NCBI RefSeq assembly: GCF_009834535.1
Contig: NC_045706.1
Coordinates: 38,874,001-38,938,000, forward strand
DNA from: Camelus ferus
Taxonomy: Eukaryota
DNA length: 64,000 nucleotides
Direction: 5' to 3'
The position numbers were made by a program, and so were the translations under genes. The notes below the pieces were generated by a model. That model was not told the origin of the DNA and made no database searches. It saw only the letters and a list, made by a program, of their open reading frames with translations. Shown one piece after another: positions 27,090 to 36,680 of this stretch (positions are counted from its first letter, which is position 1; each line of letters opens with the position of its first letter).

Positions 27090-27400
27090 GGGCAAAGTGA
27101 GCAGGAGCAGAGCGGCGATGCGCCCCCCAGAGTCAGTGGCGCGGGACGGAGGTGCCCGGACGCGTGCACATCCCCGCGGAGCAGCGGCGGGTGTACCTGC
27201 CAGGCTTCCCCAAGCCGAAGAGAGAGCGGAAGACGGCAGCCCTGGAGGAGGTCACACAGCGGATGGAGGAGGAACAGAAGCTCCAGGAGGAGCGCCACCG
27301 GGAACACTGGAAGATGCCGGGGGAGAGGGAGGCGGCGCTGGAGGAGGCAGACAGCTGGGCTGGCTGGTGACGGCAAAGAGTCCGTGCAGGGTAACACCCA
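27090..27400. promoter_or_regulatory. CpG island over the 5' end of the NOL12 retrocopy
   Basis: Manual count of 24 CpG in 27101-27400 at roughly 70% GC, versus about 4 CpG in 25500-26500. Promoter activity is not shown. Confidence 0.72.
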
Positions 27401-27740
27401 ACTACACGGTCACTGCAATGACCATGGAGCCACCTCTTGGGGGTCCGGCTGCTCCGACTGCGCTGCATGGAACAAGGGGTCGGACACAGGTCTAAGGAAG
27501 CGGAGTCATTCACGGAGAAGCCAAACCGAGCCTCACCCAGGAAGTGCAGGGACCCCGGCTAGGCTACTCTTAAGGATGTCCTCTCACGCAACACTACGTG
27601 CGCATGCTCAGTCGCAAAGAGGTCAAGAGCAAACACCTGTCACGGCCCAGGACTCCACCGAGAAACCCAGAGTTGATACTCATACTTTCAAGACCCAGCG
27701 CTGCCAGCTAACAGGTAAAACCTGGCACAGCTGGGAATCA
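27118..27740 (+). pseudogene. NOL12: Processed pseudogene (retrocopy) of nucleolar protein 12; frameshifted, intronless, ancestral stop lost
   Basis: Translations match recalled NOL12 across its length in different frames. ATG 27118 gives MRPPESVARDG vs MGRNKKKKRDG (RDG at the same codons 9-11). EQRRVYLPGFPKPKRERKTAALEEVTQRMEEEQKLQEERHREHWKMPGEREAALEEAD vs [65 protein letters not shown] vs RLVTAK; PNYTVT vs PNHTVT; FTEKPNRASPRKCRDP vs STEKPTKALPRKSRDP; AQDS...KTQRCQLTGKTWHSWE vs AQDS...KAQRRRLTGKARHSGE*. No introns although the parent is multi-exon. TCA at 27738-27740 occupies the stop position. Confidence 0.93.
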
Positions 27741-29510
27741 GCCTGCCCAGCCCTGGGTGCTGGCACCTGTCCTGTCTCAGCGTGGCCGTTCCCGGAACCG
27801 CTCGCATGAAGGTGATGACTCCACAGCCAAAGGTTGGGATGCCAGGACCTCTTAAGAAGGAGCAGGCAGCTAAGAGCCGGCTTCTTGGGGAGCAACCTTC
27901 AGAGCCAAGTTTGGGGCCTCTTTCCAAGGGCAGGCTTTTGGGGTGGTAGGAATGGTCAGAGAGAGAGGGTCCATCCTCACTCCCTAACAGTTTTCCCTGT
28001 GGCAGTAGGAGAAGTAAGTTTAGATCTGGACTTGCTAACAAGAGTTGGAGACCAGTGTTACTACTGGTAGAATCCAGAGTTCACCTGCTTCCCTGAAAAT
28101 TGGACAGCTGGGGCAGGGCGGGAGAGCAGTACCCAGCTCTGCCCTTCACTGGCTGAGACTTTGGGCCTGTCCCTTCTTCTTGGCTTTGTGGGTCTCCTCA
28201 GCTGAAACTGAAGTTATAGAAGCAGATGAGTTCTAGAGAATTCCCCTTCTCCAAACTTGGCAGCTTCCCCAGGCTTCCAACAGATCCCAGACAGAGTCTA
28301 ACAAAGGAGTGATTAATCCTTTCTAAAGAAAATACATCTTGACCCACCTGTAAATGTTTTGTAAGGGTTGCCCTTTCTTCATGCTCCTTCCAGAGAGATA
28401 TTCAGGTGGGGCTTCAAAGATGATGAAAACTAGCCTTGTTTCGTCCTTGTCCTAGCTTGTGAGTGACTCACCTCATTCATACACCCCAGGGTTCTCCTGA
28501 TTGAGCAGGGCCATTGGCAAGATCGAGGTCCACCTGTGGCAGGTACCAGTGAGGACAACCAGAGCACCTCTTCTGGAGCATGGCCACTTACTGGCTCCTC
28601 TGATTCTGGGCTGTGCCCTGCTCAACTCTAAAAGTAGGGCTACAAAGGGACATAAGATGTACACTCATCCCTGGTGAAGCCTGTGGACTAGTGAGAGAGA
28701 TGGTCAAGGTGACAGGACACTGCTGTGATGGGAGTACAGCTGCAGATTCTACCAACCTTGGGCAAAACCCTTAGAGGGCACCTGGAGGAGAGGGAGAAGG
28801 AAGCTAGAGTCTGCAGGGCAGGCCTTCTGCTTCTTCTCCTCCACCCCCCTCTCCCCCATGGAGGGCCTGCCTGGAGCAGCCCCGCCCACCCCCCATTGCG
28901 CAGGCTCAGGAAAGGCTCCTCAGTTAGGCTGTGCCTGGGGGTGGACAGGTGCTCTCCCCTGTCATCATCCAAACCCACTATCTGATAATGTCTGATGGCT
29001 AATGCATGTCTGCAGGCCACATCTGGGTGTGGAACAGGAAGCTTAGGGCTTGTCACTGGGAGGCCCCTTGACCTGACTTTTCAGTTTCTTCTACCTGTTC
29101 TTCCTGCTGCCTCCACTGTCCTTCCCTTTGCTAGGGGTGAGGTGACTGCTCTACTTGGCTGCCTCCAGCCTGGGCAGAGGGTGGGGCCTATTACTGAGCT
29201 CTCCATGTGGTTCTGTTACTCAATCCCAGGCAGTGAGTGTGAGCTTTGTCCTCACAGGCCCCTGTGAGCATGAACAGAGTGGGCCCTGGGGATCAGTACG
29301 CGTGGCTGGGTTTGAATCCTGGCTCTGCCCCTTGGTCACTTTTTTGCTTCTTGTTGGGCTGACCTCTCTGGGTCTAGTTCTCCTTGTGTAAAATGAAGTA
29401 AGGCATCTACCTCTTAGGGCTGCCCTGAGGCTGAAATGAGACCATGTACATGAACCACTTCCCACAGCACCTGGCCTTCCCCAGTGCACGTGCCTTCAGT
29501 GCGTTGTACT
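27741..29510 (+). pseudogene. GC-rich block continuous with the NOL12 retrocopy, probably the retrotransposed NOL12 3'UTR
   Basis: Sequence stays visibly GC-rich from the ancestral stop to about 29510, then drops abruptly to the AT-rich background. Homology to the NOL12 3'UTR is inferred, not aligned. No clear poly(A) tail or target-site duplication seen. Confidence 0.6.
29290..29480 (+). mobile_element. MIR SINE inside the retrocopy 3' block
   Basis: GCTGGGTTTGAATCCTGGCTCTGCC...TGACCTCTCTGGGTCTAGTTCTCCTTGTGTAAAATG...CTACCTCTTAGGGCTG...AAATGAG...CAGCACCTGGC. Confidence 0.8.
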
Positions 29511-32500
29511 GTGCACTATACTATTGTAATTGCTTTTAGAGAACTCACTTTAAACTAAGTCAAAATCTTTTCAGTTATAGAATTAGTATTAAAACTCAAT
29601 TCTTCACATTTCTAATAGAACATTTTGCATTACACCATTTATTATGAATGTTTCATTTAAGAAATATTGTCAAATGTTTCAATGAGCAGTGATAAGACTA
29701 TGATTGAGATTATACAGTTATAAAAATATTCTAGTAGATATTTCCAAATCTTGATAGGCATTGCAAGTTATCACTAATGAAATCAGAAATCTGAGACAAG
29801 TCACAGAAATATCCCTGAAATATGTATACAATGTATTTCTTAAAACAAAGTACTATAAACACCTAATAAATTAACTAAAGAAAAGGAATTAAACTCAAAA
29901 ACTAAAACTCAAACCAAACCTTTACATTGCTCTCTTTCAGGAAAAATAAAAAGGTAACAGTAGAAAAACCTATATTTGTATTTTTCTTTAATTGGAAAAA
30001 TACAGCCTATGGTATCAATGGAATGGTTAAGACATTCTTTGCATCCAGTAAAGTATATTATCATTTTATCTGGTCCAGCCACACATTCTGCTTATCCTGG
30101 ACTGTCCTAGTTTACCCCTACTTTCCTTGAATCACTTTTGTTTAGCCTATGTCCCAGATTTTTCATTTTTTAACAAAATGTTACTATTTGTAGTTATATA
30201 AAAACATGTCAGGATTATTTTGGTTGATGCCCCACTTTGTTATTCCAACTGTGAAAACACAAATGTTTGAAGAACAATATTCTCACTTTAACATACGGTT
30301 AAATATGCTGTAAGGCACATGTCTTTTCCTGATCCTTTCCAGACAAGTTAACTCCAACCAATATTTCAGACAGCATGTACAGCCCTCCACTGGGAAAAAG
30401 AATACAGTGAGAAAAGTATTCAAAGCTATTATCCAAGGCCCCTGCCCCCAGCTAGGTCGAAGAGCCAGCTGTGGCATGGGCTTGGCCACGGTCTGTGAGA
30501 TGCATAACATCACAAGGCACAGCTGGCAGCTGGTGGGATCAGCATGAAGTTAGAGAATTACAGTTTTGGTGGATGTGAGATAAATATAGGGAACACAGAT
30601 GCCACGGTCCTGCCATCGAGCAAATGGAGAGTTAGCCTGAGGCTTATTACACAGGACTGGTCATTTATTGTTCTGTGTAAATCAAAATGAATGTTCATTT
30701 ACTTAGTATTCAGTGATTATTTAATTTTTAGCCATAAACCCTTTCTGCAGCAATAGCCCAACCCCCCCAAAGTACATATGTAATGAAAAAATAATAACTG
30801 AATTTCCATTTCTTACGAATGTTGGTGTCACTTGTACACAATGTTTGTCGACATTTACTGGATTTATCACTGGCCACAAGCAAAGCAGAAGAAAAAGATA
30901 AAATTGCTAAAGAAGCAGTAGCACCAGTTCCATGAGTAAAGAGCTATACTGCTACGACTATGCCCTAAAACAAAGGTTTAATACGTACAGTTGCCTAAGG
31001 TGTATTTACAGACAATTCATGAAGCATGATAATTGTATTCAGATCAAATGAGATACTGAACTACAAATTTCTGAGACAAATGTCTGAGCGGTGTGCAGCT
31101 CATCTTTTTGGCAGCTCTTCATTAATCGTATGTTAGAAATATTTGAGCCTTTGATTAACCACTTTGTAAAACAACTTAGGTGTCCTAAAATAATACTGTG
31201 TCTTTCTAGAAGCTAGCCCTCTAAACTGTGTTTGCATTTTGTTTAAAAAATATAACCTTGGAATCTTCATTAAAATCACCCAGTGAGTACAACAATAAAT
31301 AAATAAAATTTGGGAGCGTCTAGTGTATTATAATTATGAATAATAAAGACGACAGAGAGGAAAAGATATATAAATGTAGCCCTACAAAATTATGGGGGGG
31401 ATTGAACAAGTTAAAATAATGAAAAGTCAAAGAGTAAGATTTTACTTTGAAATTCTATAAATGCTCTTTAGATACCTTATAGAAAAAAAAAAAAACCTTT
31501 CAATGGTGCTTCCATTTTTAATTGCATAAAATATTTTCTGTACTTGAATAGAAAAACTTGACAAGTTTCTTATTTTTTTCCAGCATCTAAGTTTGGCAAA
31601 ACAGTCAAAAGACTCATATGCAGAGGTAATATATATCTAATACTATTATGTAAAATTATTTTCCAAAAGAAGTCACCTAAATAAAGGAAAAGGACAGTGC
31701 CTGGGAAATTCTTTGGACTGAAAGATGAACACATTTTAATATAAAAATTGTATTGAGATTTGCCTTCATTTAGTGGAATTTGTTTCAGGCTTACCTTGGA
31801 ATTTTTAAGGAAAGAATTTCTCAATTACAAATTAATAGTCTACAGGGAAGAGTCAAAGATAAGCAATTTTACATTTGTTAATCACAAACTAGAACTTAAG
31901 AAAAGATTGAAGCCTATTTTGGTAAATATATTAAAAATATATTAAAGATAAGACAATGCTGAAAAAATAATGTTCTTTATAAAAATACTGTAAATGTGAT
32001 TTTAGATAGAGATGTAAAGGATGGATTAAAGTATATGAAAATTCACCAGTAGTAATACTGTTATATTTTTATAGATAGATAAACTCAGATAAATAGATCT
32101 TTTTTCTGCTTTATATAGATGAATACATGTTTATTTTTTAGACAGTTTTACTGTCCAAAAATTCTAAAAGTTTATTTCATAAATCTAACACTATGATTAA
32201 AATAAGTATGATTAATAAATATAATCACGTTTACTATCTTTTACTCTCAGGAGTGTCCTAGTATGGACAATATATTATGGGTTCACTTTAAATTCATCAG
32301 TTGGCTGAACAGACAGCTAATATAACACCACCGAAAACATTCTGTCTCCACAGATGCCAGTACACATTTCCCTGAACTTATTTTGAAAAAAATTAAAGCC
32401 ACAGAAAAGTCATACCACATATGTCCATATATTTTCACTAAGAATTATCAATTTTTAATATTTTGCAGCCTATTTTCTCTTCTTTATATATGTACACATA

Positions 32501-32739
32501 TATACCTATATTCCTTTATTCCTGGATAATTTACAGTTAAGTTGCTAATAGCACAGCACTTCACCACTAAATTAGAGTCATTAGGAATTCTTTTGTGCCT
32601 CAGAATTTAGCTTGTGATCAAGTTAAGCAAGCCTACACTTTGGTACAGAGTCATTAAAATCATCTCAGCATTAAGGTTATAATTAATAAATTATAATCAC
32701 CTTCAGCATTACATTACTTAATAGGTGAATAAATTTATT

Positions 32740-33860
32740 TCCCCCTATTTGATAAATATTTACTGAGAACCTGTTATGCCAGTTTCTCTATTTAATAAGT
32801 GATGAACATAACAGTCAAGTCTATACACACAAAGGTCTTAAATTTACTGAGTTGTGACAAACAGGAAATAAATTAATAAGCATATAATATATCATTAAGA
32901 GCTTTGAAGAAAAATAAACCAGGGCAAGTTAATTATTAACAACTGGAGGTACTGTCTCAAATAAGAGTATGTAAGCTAGGCCATTCTTTGGAGTTACATT
33001 TGAACATAAACTTGAAAGAAGTGAAAGTGTCAGTCATATGAACATCTGGCAGTACAATGCCATAGTCCAAGGGAGCATCAAGTGCAAAGGCCTTATTGAA
33101 GCGTAAGTTTTATTTGATTGAGGACGAGTAAGAGGGTGATGTAGCCTGAAGAAAGAAAATGATGGAGAATTGCACAGGTGATGATGCCAGAGCAGCTGCC
33201 AGGTTGGAGGGGATCACACAAGGCCTTTTAATCATTGTTCAGACCTGGATCTCAGGGCGTGCAAACTACAGCTCTTGGGCCAAAGGCAGCCCGTGGATTG
33301 CTTTGGATGGCCTATGAAGCCAGTAATTTTTTTGTTGTTCTACGTTTTCAAATGTTTGTTAATAAAACATCAAAAGCAAAGGAAAAAAACATGTAGCAGA
33401 GACTATATGTGAACCAGGAAGCCTAAAATATTTACTTTCTGGCCCTTTCCAGAGGAAAAAAATGGCAACTCTGGATTGAAAGTCACTAGGATTTGAGAGT
33501 TGAAGAGTCACATACTCTTATTTACATTTTATGATGATTATTCTGAGGGTTGTGGTGAACATATTCTGCAGATGAGCAGGAGCAGAAGCAGGAAGATGTG
33601 TTAAGATGCTGTGGCAACAGTCCAGGCATCAGGTGGTGATGGCTAGTCTGGGGCGGTAGCCTTGGAGCAGCCAACAATTGGCTGGATTTGGGATATAGTT
33701 TGAAGGCAAATCCAGCAGAGTTTGCTGATGGTATGGTGTATGAGGAAAAGAGAACAGTCTAGGATAAGCCCTAAAACTGTAGACTGAATGTATTAATTTA
33801 TTACAATGTATTAATTTTCCTGAGAAGGGAGGACCCATAATGGACATTTTTTGACTGTGT
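32740..33860 (-). mobile_element. L2 LINE (interrupted by MER58)
   Basis: Begins GATAAATATTTACTGAGAACCTGTTATGCCAG (antisense L2 3' end); purine-rich L2 body continues to about 33850. Confidence 0.7.
33250..33475 (+). mobile_element. MER58B-like hAT-Charlie DNA transposon
   Basis: CAGGGCGTGCAAACTACAGCTCTTGGGCCAAA...GCAGAGACTATATGTG...AAGCCTAAAATATTTACTTTCTGGCCCTTTCCAGA. Confidence 0.75.
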
Positions 33861-34814
33861 TCAGATTTGCAAAATTTTTTTCTCCCTCTAGAATTAAACT
33901 CTTCTTGCAGATTCTATTATTTCCATATACTTTTTGTTAAAAACGGAGAAAGAAAGCTGCTATAGCAAATGAATGCAGAAAACATTAAGTTATAAAAAGT
34001 TATCATCTTTCTTAATTACTATTGTTTAATATATTTCCATTTTAATCATCAGTTTCTTTCTCTGATGCTGAATTTCACAATAACAGCTTAAGAGGGCAAG
34101 TGTGTTTTGTGAAAAACATCGAAAATAACAGTCATATTCACTTTAAATACATTTTGTCATCTTACTGCATCTCTACTGGAGTTAAAGAACTGTTTCTGCT
34201 CATGTATTCATGTAGTCTATAAACATTTTCCCATTCTGCAGAGCTAATCTGAACTAATCATTTCCCAGTTATATTAGCCACCATGAGACAATTTCCCAAA
34301 GCTTTATGGTATCTGCTTTTGAAAAAGTAAAAGTCCTTTAATGCTGATAGTTCCACTTTCTTAAAAAACTCAATAGCCTTTGCTATACTCTTTTCTTATA
34401 TTAAAAAAAAACCCTAATTTCTAATCATATCAATCTCTGTATCTCTCCTGTATTTTTTTCAGGAGAATTCGTTCAACCATTTGCTTCCTGAAGGACTTTT
34501 AAGTTGGCCAGTATCTTAGAAAAGAGTTACTGGGATATATGATGAAATATCATACTCAACAATTTTTTAAAAAGAAGAAAAAATCTTAAGAGAAAAGTAA
34601 CTATTCATATCAAAGAAATCTCTCATATTATTGCTCTAACTAGGTATTCTCCTGTCAAGAGATTATCATAGTGTGGCTATGACTCTGACAGCACTCATAT
34701 GGCAAACAGTCGGAGGGACGGCTACTGCTTCCAACATTAGCGGCCATTCCATCATGGCGGGTAGGTAGCTTACGTCCCCGTGGATCAACTGTATTCCTAT
34801 GCATTGATGACTGT

Positions 34815-35410
34815 AATAACCACTTGGTTCAAACATTTTGAAAAATAGGGCAGTATCTACTAAAACTCCAAAACTAAAGATAGGCCTATCCTACAATCCA
34901 ACAATCCAAATCAGCAGTATATAGATATGCAAAAGGAAAGTAAAAGAATGTTCATATCAGCTTTATTTGCCATAGGCCAAACTGGCAACTATCTGAATAG
35001 TCACCAGAAAGAACATGGAAAACAAACTATGGTCTATTCAAACATTAAAGAAGCGAAGGAACTTCTGATTTACCCAATATGGATGGATTACATGGCCTTT
35101 ATGTTGAGCAGAAGAAGCCAGATACAAGTTAGCATATTGTGCATGATTCTATTTGTATGGAATTCAAGAACAGAGAAAACTAATCTAAGCTGGTAATAGT
35201 CAAAATGGTGTTACGCATTATGATGGGATATTAGATCTGAGGTTATAAAGAAAACTCTTAGAGTCACAGAAGCGTCAGTATCTTGATTTGAATAGTACTT
35301 ATGGGATACAAGAGAATTTATCCAGGAATATGTATGTGGAAAATGCAGCAAATTGTTGAGAAAAGGCAATATTTCATTTTATGTAAGTTATGATTTAATA
35401 AAAAAATTAT
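34815..35410 (+). mobile_element. Old L1 (L1ME-like) 3' fragment
   Basis: GGCAGTATCTACTAAA...AAGAATGTTCATATCAGCTTTATTTGCCATAGGCCAAACTGG...AGAAGCCAGATACAA...TGCATGATTCTATTTGTATGGAATTCAAGAACAG. Confidence 0.75.
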
Positions 35411-36449
35411 GTACAGCAGTTTACACAGTACCTGGAATATAGTAAGTGCAAGAGATGATAGCTATGGACGAATATGTGTCACCTAAAACCTTCAGAAATG
35501 AATGTCTGGTTACATTTAGACAAAAGTTAATATCAAATAGTCAGAGGAAGATTAATTTTAATAATTTAATAACTGGCTAAATGTTCTATAAGCTATGTAT
35601 CATACATAGATGTTTAGGGTATCATCTGCACACCAATAAAATATTATGCCATTTAGTTTAGGTAGTAGGAAATTACTGTATATTTAGATAAGGTTCAGAA
35701 ATTTAAGAGAAAAATAATTTACCATCCATCAATGAGACTGATGAAATGCTTGATGAAACTTTAGTGCCGAAAGCATGAGATTTGATATGATAGACAGATT
35801 AGGCACTTCTCTAAATGGCTGACTCACAAAATCAATTCTCTCATTTTTTTTTGACACAAATAGAAATGAAGATCAGATGCAATCCATTGCATTTAATATA
35901 TCGTTTGATTAACCTGTTTTGATAGATGTCCTATAGCATCCCTCCTCCAGCAAAGAATATACAAGGTTTTTTTAAAATTAATATAGTTTCACATTTTGAG
36001 CCAGATTTACTATAATTAACAGGTGAACATAACAGAGATATTAATATATTTTTTCTTGTTTTGATCCAGTCTTGGATTAACCATCTCAAGAGATTAGAGA
36101 CTATAATTTTTCATTTGCTACTAAACATCTTTATTATAGTTTAAGACTAAATTTTTATTTTCGTGACATATGTGACATAAAAGTGCTAGGGAAAAGCACT
36201 TTTGCATATGCAATCTCACTTTTTACCCACTTTCCCATCAGTACTTTTCCAGGTATAGATATATATTTATATATAATTCACTTAGACATCACTTGTCTCC
36301 CTGAGTTAATTAGCTACTTCAGAATTTCTAGTGAACATAAGGTTCCAAATATCTTAACACATATTTTTCTTTTTACCCTTCTAGCATCCCCTTATCATTT
36401 TAGGTGACATGTGCACTTCATTATCTCAGGCATGTAGTATTAGGAAACT

Positions 36450-36680
36450 AAATGACTGGACTAAAGGAGTACGTACTTTGGTATCAGATATAGATTCAAA
36501 TCTCTGTTCTCCCATTTACTAGAGGTATGGCTTACTCACGTTATTTGATCACCTAAGGTTTAGTTTAATCCCTCTTAAAATGAGAATGATGCCATAATGG
36601 GATGTCTGCAACAATAAAGATGAGATCAAGTGGCTAATTACTGCCATGTAATCCCATAATAAGTGGTACCTACTTTTATG
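36450..36680 (+). mobile_element. MIR SINE
   Basis: AGATTCAAATCTCTGTTCTCCCATTTACTAG...TAAAATGAGAATGATG. Confidence 0.55.

Noticed and set aside
27086-27513. Minus-strand ORFs 27086 and 27133
   Set aside because: Antisense shadows of the GC-rich NOL12 retrocopy, where stop codons are rare.
27118-27740. Functional NOL12 gene
   Set aside because: Several frameshifts, an in-frame TAG after RDPG, a lost stop codon and no introns.
27680-29489. Cluster of 60-122 aa ORFs on both strands
   Set aside because: Expected in GC-rich 3'UTR-derived and MIR sequence; none resembles a known protein.
31801-31845. Roughly 45-nt minus-strand segment with strong acceptor and AAG|GTAAGC donor
   Set aside because: Stop codons in all three frames; at best a non-coding exon, with no support.
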